Of a stretch of DNA of 64,000 nt, positions 1 to 12,014 are shown one piece after another; the first letter of the stretch is position 1; every line of letters begins with the position of its first letter. The translations under genes and the position numbers were made by a program. The notes beneath the pieces were generated by a model. The model did no database searches and had not been told where the DNA came from. It saw only the letters and a list, made by a program, of their open reading frames with translations. Origin of the DNA: Octopus vulgaris (lineage: Eukaryota); contig OX597814.1 of assembly GCA_951406725.2 (NCBI GenBank), positions 161,200,001-161,264,000 on the forward strand, read 5' to 3'.

Positions 1-749
1 TGATATCATTTGCAATTTTGTTTCTCTCGATAATTTAACTAATATATACAAATGCAATATATAGCATAATGGAGATGGTTGTGATAATTTTTTTTTATAA
101 CTAATATATTTATTTATATATAAATAGTATCATTTATATATGAATTGTATAGAAATACATTTATTATTTATATATAAATTGTATAGCAAATACATTATAC
201 AATTAAAATTTTTCCCTTTGTTCCTTAAATTTAGATCCTGTTTGCTGACTTAGCGCTTCATATCTCCTCGTTTGATAAAATAACATCCTGATTGATTCAG
301 TTAGTTATACTTCTAACATACACTTAGAAAAAATAGGAAGATTAATTTTGTTGTCTTGTGAAAGTCATTATGCCAATAATGATAACACAGGTGCAGTTTC
401 AATTCCACTTCTTTATTGGCAGTCAATTGGTTGAATATTTAACCAACTAACTAATTGATCATTTGTTTAATGTGTTGATTAAACAACCAGTCAGTTGTTT
501 ATAAGTCAAAATTCTTTTGCTGCTGTTTGCGACCTTTTTAGTCACTTAGTGGCTTCCCCTCTCTCACCAATCTGCTTTGAGTCTGTTCAACACATGAATT
601 TACACCAAAAATCCTGCAAACCAAATGCAAAAATGAAATAAGAAAATTAATATTATTACAGTATGTTGAAACTAGCCAGCAGTTGCCTTGTAAGTACAAG
701 TAATAGAGATAAACTGTACTGAAGCTCACTATATATGTATGTGTTTGTG

Positions 750-770
750 TGTTTTTGTGTGTGTGTGTAT

Positions 771-813
<43 letters not shown>

Positions 814-815
814 TG
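750..815. repeat. (GT)n microsatellite
   Basis: Visible GT dinucleotide run. Confidence 0.95.
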
Positions 816-1199
816 TGTTTGTGGGGTATGTGCATTAATGTTGACTATCCATGGCTTTACTTGTCACTGTCTGAGCAAAGCAGTGACATGATGGTTACAT
901 GCCTTGTTGACATTATAACTGACCATTCTCTGTTTTTGAAAGTAAGTGTAATGAAAAGAAAATTCCTTATTTGAAAAATTAGTAAGGATATGCAGGAGGG
1001 AGGACATCTGGTTGTAAAATGCTCTTTCAAATGTGACCGTCCAAACCCACGCTTGCATAAAAAATATCCATTTAACAAACTATCAAATTTAGAGAGTTGA
1101 TCAAGGTGCTGGTTTAATTACCAAACTCGTAGTTACCAGGTTCATGGAAACTGTATATGCTTATAAATTTACTATCATATGCTGTGCTGAAGCACTTCT

Positions 1200-1426
1200 T
1201 ATTTCTTTATTGCCCACAAGGGGCGAAACACAGGGGGGACAAACAAGAACAGACAAACAGATTAAGTCGATTATATCGACCCCAGTGCGTAACTGGTACT
1301 TATTTAATCAACCCCGAAAGGATGAAAGGCAAAGTTGACCTCGGTGGAATTTGAACTCAGAACGTAGCAGCAGACGAAATACCACTGAGCGTTTCGCCCG
1401 GCGTGCTAACGCTTCTGCCAGCTCAC
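1200..1426 (-). mobile_element. Near full-length tRNA-derived SINE (family A) with 15-bp target-site duplication
   Basis: Minus strand has tRNA-like head (gagctggcagaa...gagttcaaattcc) and central block gcctttcatcctttcggggt. Flanked by perfect direct repeat tgctgaagcacttct at 1185-1199 and 1427-1441. Closely matches 46119-46335. Confidence 0.9.
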
Positions 1427-1726
1427 TGCTGAAGCACTTCTGGAGGCAAGTGCTGCAGAAAGGAGATAAGTTACCAAGAAGCTGAACCTATAACTAGGTT
1501 CTAGTTCCTGATAATAGATATTTTATTTTACTTATATTACTTATATTACTAATTATCTCAAAAAGACATGGTTGTCATAGATCCCATTTCTTTCTCCCTT
1601 AAATCAAAATAATCATCCATAAACAGGTGATAAACAATGAAATATTTGTCTGTATCAATTTACTTTACCAGTGAATAAGCAATTCATTAAAATTGATTGC
1701 TTTGTGATTTTTAGCCCCAGCCTATT

Positions 1727-2360
1727 CAAAGTACCTTGGATTGCAGAACGACCTGCTGTGCTTACCTTGGATCGTAGAGTGACCTGTTGTGCTTGAGGAG
1801 ACCTATTGAATCAAGTACATCAACATCAATATCAATATCAAAATAAATATCAAATGGAAATTGTAGTTACGACACCTGTGCTGGCAGCACGTAAAAAGCA
1901 CCATCCGAACGTGGCCGATGCCAGCGCTGCCTTGACTGGCTTCTGTGTTTGAAGAGACCTGCTGTGTTTGAGGAGACCTATTGAGTCAAGTTCATAAACA
2001 CTCAAATAAATATCAAATGGAAATAGTAGTTGTGATACCTGTGCCGGTGGCACATAAAAAGCACCATCCGAATGTGGCCGATGCCAGCGCCACCTTGACT
2101 GGCTTCTGTGCCGGTGGTACGTAAAAAGCACCAACCGATTGTGGCTGCTGCCAGCCTTCCCTGGCACCTGTGCCAGTGGCATGTAAAAAGCACCCACTAC
2201 ACTCACGGAGTGGTTGGCATTAGGAAGGGCATCCAGCTGTAGAAACACTGCCAGATCAGACTGGAGCCTGGTGCAGCCTCCTGGCTTCCCAGACCCCGGT
2301 CGAATCGTCCAACCCATGCTAGCACGGAAAATGGATGTTAAACGATGATGATGATGATGA
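1727..2360 (+). mobile_element. 3' UTR of RTE-clade LINE with internal subrepeats and (GAT)n tail
   Basis: Ends ...aacccatgctagcacggaaaatggatgttaaacgatgatgatga. Four copies of the unit ctgtgc(c)ggtggcacgtaaaaagcacc. Same family follows RTE-like coding sequence at 28560-29095 and 62384-62890. Confidence 0.8.
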
Positions 2361-3034
2361 ATGTCTCATAAAACTTCAAACAAATTCCTTTCCACCTGCT
2401 TCAATTAATTGCAACTATAGATATTTTTTAATATCTGTGTCATAAAATCTATTTAATTCTGCTCTGCTGTTTCTTGCTAGAGTATATGAACAATTTATCA
2501 GCTTATCTGCACGTGCTAAAGTTTGATGAAAGCTAATTTCCATATGAGCCTTTACCAGGATGTAATGTTTTGGTTCCTATTATTGTTATATCTAATAGTT
2601 ATACTACTTTGTATTGTATAGATTAGTTGTTGGAAACAGGAGTGATTTTTAAATGAGTAGAGATAAGTGTCCTTATCAGTTTTTTCTCTTTCCTTTTTAC
2701 TTTGTACTTTTACACTTGCTGGCTCTAGAGCAAGCGGCAGTTCCCATGGCCTCCACGGGCCCTCCTATACCATTGAGATTGATGCCACTAATGTTTTGCT
2801 AGATGAAATTCCAGATTGTCAGTGTAGGGATTAGTATGAAACCTGGCAGAGTTGGACTCAATGTGGGTGATGAGAGGAGAAAAAATAAGGTAGTAGAGAT
2901 GGCATGAGCCTAGCCAGTACTGGCAGAAAAGACAGAGATGAAACAGTGTGTCTGTGGACCAGAAGATCGAGTGTGTGTGTGAGTTACTTATGCCAATCTA
3001 CCAGGCAGCTCTTTTCTGGATGTGATTTAAGTTA

Positions 3035-3245
3035 TCTGCACTCAGCTGTAGAAATGAGTTGCAATGTCACTGGTGCCAAGCTGTATTGGTCTTTGCCCTC
3101 CTTTTGGACAACATTGGTGGCATTGAGAGGGGAAACTGAAATGCATGGGTGACTGCTGGTTTTTCACAAACAACCTTGCCCAGGCTTGTGCCACAGAGAA
3201 GAACTTTCTGGGTGCAATCCCATGGTCATTTGTGACCGAAGGGGT
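3035..3245 (+). mobile_element. 5'-truncated SINE (family C)
   Basis: cactcagctgtagaaatgagttg...ggtgcaatcccatggtcatt matches 16795-17110. Confidence 0.7.
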
Positions 3246-3399
3246 TTTTTATGCATGTAGCAGCAGCACCATCTCAGATATGTGGGCAATACTCCATTGT
3301 GAGCCACACTTGAATTCAAAGAAGACTTGCTCATTCTGCTGCTACATGCACATACATTCTAAACTATTCCCAAAAATACCATTTGACTGATTGACAAAG

Positions 3400-3760
3400 A
3401 TTCATTCACCATTATTCTATATAGTAGCAATGCTAGAATGTCTACTACCTGGGGCAGCCTTTGAATTTGTCCTCACCTCCAACACTGGGCCCCTCAGGCC
3501 TATACATATCTATGCAACAAACCCAAAAGAAGAGTGTTGCCCAGGGAAGACTGCACCCTTTGTCCCAAACTCCCAGCTATGCTTCTGATGCTATAACTAC
3601 TGGCATTTCTTGTACAACTAGTGCAATAGCCTCTGATTCTGTCATCTAGCAGTTTGTGCACCACTTCTACCCTGGCCCATTTCACGTATCTTTCTCTCTT
3701 CCTCTCATCATTGTTGCTGTGTTTCTCTCACTAGAGCCTACACTAAATACTTTCACCAGA
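3400..3760 (+). mobile_element. Highly degenerate Jockey/CR1-group LINE 3' coding remnant
   Basis: Broken frames only loosely resemble the post-RT motifs LEY..IW, IQKK and FY.YY.G.CS..L...PP; many stops. Confidence 0.3.
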
Positions 3761-3824
3761 TAAACATACCTAGAGTTGCAATTCTGAATTTCCTTCTCTA
3801 TCTTGTTGATATTGTGTAACACCA

Positions 3825-3972
3825 GTTGTCTGTCTTTACATTCTGAGTTCAAATTCTGCCAAGGCTGACTTGGCCTTTCATTCTTTCAGTGTCGATGAAA
3901 TAAGTACCTGTTGATATAACTTACTTACCCTTGCCCCTGAAATTGCTGGCCTTGTACCAAAATTTGAAACCA
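3825..3972 (+). mobile_element. Degenerate family A SINE
   Basis: ttctgagttcaaattctgcc...gcctttcattctttcag...ttgctggccttgtaccaaaatttgaaacc. Confidence 0.75.
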
Positions 3973-4556
3973 ATGTTGCCAACCCCAAGTCAACTCACAC
4001 TATATGCATTCCATCCATGACCATCCTATTTTTTAGGAGTACTTAAGATGTTATATATTATCCAATATGTACTTTCCTTATTTAACATGGTGAAGTGTGA
4101 GTTAAGAAGAAATTTGGCTGCTATTTTCAGTAGGTTCAGTGACCATGTATAGACTCCTCTATTGATTCAATCCAGCACATATCTTTCTTAGAGGTATAAA
4201 CTACAACTTCAAACTGAACATTGGCCAGATTACCAGTCTGGGATGACCTACAAAGGTCATAGATTCCAGTCCCCACCACAAACATGTTTTATGCTGACTA
4301 ATCAATAATTAGAGAAAAACGGAAAAAGAACAAAAAATGTAACATGTGTCACAAGTGTTGACCTAACAAATCAGGAACTGAATCTCGAAAACACCCAGCT
4401 GCTTAATATCCTGTTGTTACAAGCAAACAGGGGAAGCATTTACATGGTTGTCTAGCCTGCAAGAAGTAGAAGGCAAGTCTTCCTCAAACTACAACTTAAA
4501 AAGGAAAGAGGTCCATTGGATAATGCAATAGGGGAGTGCTCCTGCTCCTCTTCCTC

Positions 4557-4984
4557 CTACTTGGTTCTTTTTAGGTAGATTTTACTACACTTCTTGAGTC
4601 CAAGTTCCATTCTGATATCAGCACTAAAACAGTGGACTGTGGTCACCAAGAAACTCACTTGTGTCTCATCCTTGCCATACAGTTTCAGATCATCCATGAA
4701 GAAGAGGTGGTTGATTGTTTGGGATTTTCCCTTTAGTTGGTACCTCAGTTTCATTTTTCTAAGTGCCAAGGTCAGGGTTGTCATGCAGCGAACAAAAAGC
4801 AACAGAAATAAGCTAACACCCTGGAAAATCCCTCTTCTGTTAGCCAAGGTGCCCAAGCTTTTTCTGTAAGATGTCAGTTCAGTTTTCCACCCCCTCATAC
4901 TTCTCTTCAGGAAACACGTTACATTCCTCACAATTCCAGCACTCAATGATCCATGAATGTAGAATTCCATCATAAGCTTTGCGA

Positions 4985-4985
<1 letters not shown>
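4557..4985 (-). pseudogene. Reverse transcriptase fragment of R4/Dong-type (RLE-bearing) non-LTR retrotransposon
   Basis: ORF 4557-4973 contains RRGIFQGVSLFLLLF (GIFQGDSLSPLLF-like) and INHLFFMDDLKLYGK (catalytic xMDD), then IRMELGLKKC. Confidence 0.85.
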
Positions 4986-5038
<53 letters not shown>

Positions 5039-5060
5039 CATTATTATTATTATTATTACT
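4986..5060. repeat. (ATT)n tract; (TAA)n tail/target of the adjacent R4/Dong element
   Basis: Visible trinucleotide run directly 3' (minus strand) of the RLE-domain fragment and its UTR. Confidence 0.9.
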
Positions 5061-5565
5061 ATTTACTTTTAATCTGCATGTTTGTTACAATCACTCACTG
5101 AGCCACACTCAGTGTCCTAGGGCGAGTGAAGGATAAGAGATGTTACAGTATGACTGAAAGCTTGCAGAAGACTAGTAACAGGGGCAGTAGTGAAATATTT
5201 CATATAATACAACATACATTTAAATTGATAGGGTCTTTCTAAGGATGTGGGCAACACTTGTCAGCACAATCTTTTGGATTTCTCTGAGACATGATTCTCT
5301 TGGGATATTATCTAGATGTTTCTGCATCCCTTTCTTATCATACTAAGGGCACCCACAGTAACAAGAATAGTTCTCACTTTAAGATGCTACATCCTTTATA
5401 CTTCAATTTCCAGGCCCTTAGATTTATTTAATTTGTCAAATTCCTTTACACATATATTTTTATCAGTGGGAACGCTTACACCTATTAGTCTACAAGTATT
5501 TTCTTCTCAGTCTTTAATGACTATGTCTGGTCAATTAGCCTTGGTCTTTCTATCAATAATAATGT
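5061..5565 (-). pseudogene. Restriction-like endonuclease domain plus 3' UTR of R4/Dong-type LINE
   Basis: Manual minus-strand translation: IDRKTKAN*PDIVIKD*EENTCRLIGVSVPTDKNICVKEFDKLNKSKGLEIEV...TILVTVGALSMIRKG, a decayed RPD...D...E..K..KY RLE motif with stops. Confidence 0.8.
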
Positions 5566-5569
5566 CAAT

Positions 5570-5725
5570 GTGAATCCCACAAACAATAGCGACAAATGCA
5601 GAATATGTGGTGAGAAGGGTGAAATGGCATGGCACATCATTAGTGAATGCTTGAAATTGGCACAACACGAATACAAAAGACATCATAATAATGTGGCAAG
5701 AATGATCCATTGGGAGCTCTGTAGA
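5570..5725 (+). pseudogene. CCHC zinc-knuckle segment of R4/Dong-type LINE, inverted relative to the RLE segment
   Basis: KCRICGEKGEMAWHIISECLKLAQHEYKRHHNNVARMIHWELC: CxxC...HxxxxC knuckle plus the RH(D/N) motif that precedes the RLE. Confidence 0.85.
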
Positions 5726-5749
5726 AATAATAATAATGATAATAATAAT

Positions 5750-5781
<32 letters not shown>

Positions 5782-5825
5782 TATTATTATTATTATTATT
5801 ATTATCATTATCATCATCATCATCA

Positions 5826-5868
<43 letters not shown>

Positions 5869-5981
5869 GTTTTTTTGAACACTGGGGTCAATGTAATCAA
5901 CTTAATCTCTCCCCCAAATTTGCTGGCCTTGTGCCAAAATTTGAAACCATTACTACTACTACTACTACTACCATTACCACC

Positions 5982-6031
<50 letters not shown>

Positions 6032-6099
6032 CACCACCACCACCACCACCACTACCACTGCCACCACCGACCACCACCACCACCACCACCACCACCACC

Positions 6100-6157
<58 letters not shown>

Positions 6158-6160
6158 TCA
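5726..6160. repeat. Compound trinucleotide microsatellite (AAT/ATC/ATT then ACT/ACC) with short SINE tail fragment at ~5878-5950
   Basis: Visible runs; source of the poly-I/S/L/T/H/Y pseudo-ORFs. Confidence 0.95.
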
Positions 6161-6496
6161 TTATTTCCTTTTTTTTATTTTTGAACATTGACAATGTATT
6201 GTCAGCTATATATAACATATGTCTCCCAAATCATCTTAATTGTCATCTTTTTGTTGTACTTTGTTTACAACATTTAGAATATTTAGCAAGTATGTTATTA
6301 CATATGCATACGGCATTCTAAAGTTATTCTAAGGTGTTTGCATTTTAAATAGTAACAGCTAAAAATACTTCCCTCCTGCTTTCAACCATGTACTCTTAAC
6401 CAGCATGTGTGCTTTCTTGGTCTTTTACTCCCCTCAGAGAATTCCCTGAATATAACTGCTACTTTTTAAGTCTTTAGTTGGTAATAGAGTGAGTGA

Positions 6497-6530
<34 letters not shown>

Positions 6531-6531
6531 T

Positions 6532-6575
<44 letters not shown>

Positions 6576-6622
6576 TGCACACGTGCATTTGTAAATAGAT
6601 GTAGATGCAAGATGGTTGTATA

Positions 6623-6850
6623 TTCTTTTGTTCTTTTACTTGTTTCAGTCATTTGACTGAGGCCATGCTGGAGCAACACCTTAGAAAGTTTTTAATCAAA
6701 GAAATCGACCCCAGGACTTAAGCCTAGTACTTATTCTATTGGTCTTTTTTGCTGAGCTGTTAGGTTACGGGGATGTAAACACATCAACATCAGTTGTCAA
6801 GTGATGACGGGAGGACAAACACAGACACAAAGACACACACAAATACATAG

Positions 6851-6923
<73 letters not shown>

Positions 6924-6944
6924 ATAGCACACACACATATTTAT

Positions 6945-6981
<37 letters not shown>

Positions 6982-7137
6982 AATGGGCTTCTTTTAGTTT
7001 CTGTCTACCAAATCCACTCACAAGGCTTTGGTTGGCTTGAGGCTATAACAGAAGACACTTGCCTCAGCTGTCACACAGTGGGACCGAACCCAGAACCATG
7101 TGGTTGTGAAGCAAGTTTCTTACCATGCAGCCTCACC
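6623..7137 (-). mobile_element. Full-length tRNA-headed SINE (family B) with internal (TA)n/(CA)n microsatellite
   Basis: Reverse complement matches 59730-60132 (tRNA-like head ggttcggtcccactg, then gaaactRaaagaagcc, microsatellite, tail gactgaaacaagtaaaaga). Confidence 0.85.
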
Positions 7138-7589
7138 TATAAAAATAATTTTCTAATTATTTGTGTGCACACATGTAAACACTTATTATTTATATGCACA
7201 TATTTTAATATTTGTTTACTCACATTTGAAATTAATCCATCTCAAGTACATGGAAAGTTGTCATTTACTAGAATATATAACGATGGTAGAGCTAGTTTAG
7301 TTTCTCACAAGGTTTTTAAGTTTTGATACTGTTGGACACAACTTTGCCTGTTATTCATCTAAATTCAATCAATTAGTACCAGAAACGCAAATGGATTAAT
7401 TAAATTATATTATGTTGCCATACACGGTCGTGGTAGTAAGCTTACCGCCCAACCACATTGTTTGGGGTTCAGTCCCACTGCATGATACCTTGAGTAAATG
7501 TCTTTTAATGTAGCCTCAGGTCAACCAACGCCTTGTGAGTGGATTTATTAGATGAAAACTGAAAGAAGCCTGTCCTATATATGTATATG

Positions 7590-7880
7590 TCCCTTACTTT
7601 ACTCCTTTACTTAGCGGTCATTCGAATAGCTCTTTCGTCTTAATAACGGTCAATCACACAGTGATTTCCCTTTGTATAATGGTAATTTTTCATAGCATTT
7701 TTCCGATGTCCAGATAACTGAAGAGATGGCGGCGTAGATTTCCACCTCGGCATCCGAAACTCGGAGTTTTATCATGGCTACCGAATAATTGTCACATATT
7801 ACATTTACAGATAAATTCCTCTATTTACATAATATCGAGGTCTCTTTCTTTCTTTTGTTGTCTTACCGTTTTTATCAATA
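7590..7880 (+). mobile_element. Probable Penelope-like element terminal-repeat fragment carrying a hammerhead ribozyme
   Basis: CpG-retaining ~290-bp insert inside (TA)n containing the hammerhead motif. The PLE assignment is by analogy; no ORF seen. Confidence 0.6.
7713..7773 (+). ncRNA. Minimal type I hammerhead ribozyme motif
   Basis: Stem I gataa (7713-7717)/ttatc (7769-7773); core CUGAAGA (7718-7724); stem II gatg/catc; GAAAC (7756-7760); near-palindromic stem III actc-g-gagt; cleavage triplet GUU (7766-7768). Confidence 0.8.
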
Positions 7881-8744
7881 TGTATATATATATGTGTGTG
7901 TGTATGTGTGTGTGTGTATGTTTGTTCCCCTCCTCCCACCGCTTGACAATCAGTGCTGGTGTGTTTACATCCCCATAACTTAGTGGTTTGGTAAAAGAGA
8001 CAGATAGAATAAAAACCAGGTTTTAAAAAATAAGTGCTGAGATTGATACATTCAACTAAATATTCTGTCCAGTAATACATAAAATAATTGTCCTTATGAG
8101 GAAATCTAGTTATACAATCTATTTTATTTTTTTATTCTTATTAAAAATTCTGTGGTAAATAAAATGCTACCACATCTATTATTTGTAGGATTCTCATTGA
8201 CAGACTAAGTTAATATCAGATTCATTTGGGATAACCTTAGCCAGCTACCAACCAAAGTTTTGAAGAACCTAGACTGAAATATTAGCTCATTGCCCTTTCT
8301 TCTGTTGTTGTTATTGCTGTTATTTATCTTGTTACTGCTATTGTTGTTGTTGTTGTCATTGTCCTTTTTATTATTGTTGCTACTGTTGTCATTATTGGTG
8401 CTGATAATTTGTTGCTGTTAATGTTGTTTGATGTTGAAAGTATTTTTGTTTTTGTTGTTGAGGGCTTGATTCTATTGTTAGTAGCATTGATTTCTGATAT
8501 AAGTACAAAACCTTAAATTGGCAAGATGGATGCAATTGACAAAACTAGTGATAGTCCGTGATTGATACTTTGCTTTATTGATCCTAGAAAGATGAAAAGC
8601 AAAGTTGGCTTCAATGGGATTTGATTTTGAAAAATAGAGCCGTAACTAAATACCACAAGGCATTTTTTTCTGATGCATCAATGATTCTGTCAATCCAGTA
8701 AAATGATTGGCTTATGTTTTAGTGGTTGATATTAGTATTGCTAG

Positions 8745-9145
8745 TAAGGTGATGAGCTGGCAGAATTGTTGGGACACTGTGCAAAATGCTTAACAAGCAT
8801 TTCATCCATCTTTATGTTCTGTGTTCAAATTCTACCAATGTTGATTTTTGCCTTTCATCCTTTCAGAGTTGATAAAAAATTGTACCAGTTGAATTCTGGG
8901 GTTGATGTAATCAACTAATCCCTCCCCCAAAATTGCTGGCCTTGTGTCTAAATTTGAATCCACTAGTAAAGTAGTGAGCTGGTAGAATATTTAGCACACT
9001 GGGCATTTTATCTGTCTTTATATTCTGAATTCAAATACTGCTTGGGTTGACTTTGCCTTTTATGCTTTTGAAGCCAAAAAAATAAGTACCAATAGAGTAG
9101 CCCCTTCCCTGAAATTGTTGGCCTTGTGTCAAAACTTGAAACCTT
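8745..9145 (+). mobile_element. Two tandem degenerate family A SINEs
   Basis: Two successive gagctgg...ttcaaat...gccttt...ggccttgtgtc units. Confidence 0.75.
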
Positions 9146-11964
9146 TATTAGTATAGCTCATTTGGTGTTGCTATTGTTGCTGTTGTTGCTAATGTTGCTG
9201 GTGCTACTGTTATTGCATTTAGTTTCACTGTTGAATTTCAAATCAGGTTTGATTGATCAGATTAATGATCAAAATTGTTTGAGTCATGACTGTCATGCAA
9301 TCACTCAGACATGGTGTATCTATGATTTTGATATTCAATGTGACTTTTCTTTTTATGATGGTAGGCTGTGATATGAGAGGGGCTACTTAACTGCTATTTT
9401 TTTCAGAATAAACAACTCTGTACAACAGGATGAAATTTCACCAGCATTCATATTTAAACCCACCTGCTGAAGTTTCTAAAACTCCTAATGAAAATATAAT
9501 AAAATTTAAGCCTTAATATCCAAACAGTAATTTGATATTACTGTATACCTATGAATTTGTGAAATTAAAAAGTCATTATTTTTCTCAGAGCAAATATACC
9601 TACCACCCTGCCACAAATTTGCAATTCTACTTGATACTAACAGATTTCCTCACCCCTGATGTAGAGGTTTCCTTTTTTGCTCATTGTCAATTAATTCTAC
9701 TGTTGCTGTTGGTGGTGGTTTGTTGATCATAAAACATTGAAGATGAAGAAAAGAGAACTACCTACTCATACCAAGAGTAATCCTATACATAGAACCAATA
9801 TATAACAATAACAGAGAAGTGTTAACAAGGCAACAGAGAAGGCTTTTATGTACATTACTGGTGCAGAAAAAGATGGTACTGCTGGTGGTAGTGGTGGTGG
9901 TGGTGGCGGAGTAATGATGTTAAGGGGTAAGATAAAAGATGATAGGAAAGATTAAATAACAACACTTTCTTTCTAGTGGCTATTGTGTTGTTGATGTTGT
10001 TGTTTTTAATCCAAGGTCAGCTCATATTCAACAAACTTGATTGTAGACATTCACTCTAAACTTCTTGTGTTTTGTGGGGCATGTAAGGCTAAATACTTTA
10101 GCAAGTTCTTTTCTTATGTTAAAATAGCAAAGTATGTTTTGGGAATCTGGGGTCTATGGCATAGCTTGTTAGACTATGGAGTGGCACCTGGAAAGTCCCT
10201 TTCTAAGGTGCAAGCCTGGGCAAAGCATTTTTTTTATGGAAGACCAGCTGTTGCCCATCTATGTAAGCCCCCACTCTCTATGTACTGATGTTATCCAAGA
10301 CAAAAGCAAGCATGAACCAACTTAGCACTAGTGTTGTTACAAGCATTGATGCCAGAATGCGAAAAACATTTCAAAGTACATTGACCAGTGCTATAGTGCT
10401 ATAACAGTTCTACTCAGCTACTATCCAGGACTGGATTTGAAGGAATTTAATTACTATTTCTAGTAAGTCAAATTAGTGACTAAAGCTGCCTCAAATTTAG
10501 TAGATTTTGTAGATTTAATAGAATGACATTTATAATAAGGAAAGTTAAAATATATCTATCAAATAACAACATATAACAATAAATAGCTATAAATAATGTC
10601 AAATTCATATAGCTATAAATAGATAAATGTATAAATATAGATGAAAACAAATACCTATAGGGTGAACGTATATCTGTCATTTACATAAAATATATTAAAA
10701 GACATGGCTATAAATAGATATATCTATAAATAGATATAGTTATAAATAGATAGTTAAAATATAGTTATCACTGACATATCCTCCTACTTCTCTTTTCCCT
10801 CCTCTTCTCCCTCCTCCTCCTCCTCCTCCTCCTCCTCCTCCTCCACATCATCACCACCACTACCATAATATTTATGTCTGCTTTGCTATTCTTGCATGGG
10901 TTGGACAAGTCCTCTCCAACACAGTATCTCATCACTTGCACTCATTGCTTTCCTTTGTCCTCTCCTTTGCCAGGTTCAGCATCCGGAAGTCAGCCCTCCC
11001 CACACTACCTCTTTCTATACCCTTATCTCCCTTGGTCTTTCCTTTCCATTGGTTCCTTCCGCATGAATCTCCTGTAACCTTTTCATATACTTGTCATTAT
11101 TATATATAGATTTAGATAAATATAACTGTAAATAGATAGTTAAAATATATTCATAGAAATAAAAAGTTAGTTAATATATATATTCTATCAAAAATATAGA
11201 CCTATAAATAAATATAGATATAAACAGATAATTAATTTGTAGATTAATCAATAGTCTTTTTTTTAAATTTTATTTTTCTTCTTTCATATTAAAACCAATC
11301 TATGTGTTGAAAAAAATAACTATCAGAAAAAAGGTTGATAATATGTAATTTTGTTCTTTGCTGTTCTTGATAGTGTCTAACCCTTTAGCCATGAGTGAAT
11401 TGATCTTTGATCAAAAGCCTATCGGTTACTGCCATACTTTTTTTTCTTTCATTAAGCACAGTGAATTCAGGATCACTTTATTTAAGGTGCCTTTTGTTTC
11501 TTTGATTTTTTTCCAAGCAGGTTAGTGTATCATTAGAGAGATATTTAGCTGCTATTTCTCATATGCTAGGCAACTATGTAGAGGTTCCTTTCAGAGGTTT
11601 TCAAATAAGATACAGGTGCAAGCCTGGCAATACTACTACTAGAGCTGCTACTTCAATAATTATGCATGAACCTGTTAGAATGCATGTTAGACTACTATGA
11701 GACTACTCACTATCTACTCTGTTGACACACCCCCCCACTCCTAGGATAAAAGCAGTAGTTAACCTTAGTGAATAATTCTAATAGAGTAAAGCTTTTAAAT
11801 ATCATCTATAAATTAGACCATAGCTATTAATTATTAAATTATCTTGTAAACATATTTAAGCAACATGAGTAAGTGGTAAGATAGTTGTGTGATTAAGGTG
11901 TTTGACATATTGTATAAGAGGTCACAATAGGCTTCTTCACGTATTGTGTTTTACCTCATAGGCA

Positions 11965-12014
<50 letters not shown>

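Larger units (their letters stand above)
7424..8070 (+). mobile_element. Family B SINE split by an insertion in its internal (TA)n
   Basis: Head 7424-7590 and tail 7880-8070 match family B; 7590-7880 is unrelated sequence. Confidence 0.75.

Noticed and set aside
1850-2200. Regularly spaced repeats superficially like a CRISPR array
   Set aside because: Eukaryotic context, spacers are themselves repeated, no cas genes; internal LINE UTR subrepeats.
1850-2317. 155-aa minus-strand ORF recurring at 39641-39892
   Set aside because: Antisense reading of the RTE 3' UTR; the recurrence reflects repeat copies, not a gene family.
5736-7040. Long ORFs with poly-I/L/T/H/Y/V and (HT)n/(CV)n tracts
   Set aside because: Translations of microsatellites. 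The same applies to similar ORFs at 12.4-13.4, 21-22, 36 and 59.7 kb.
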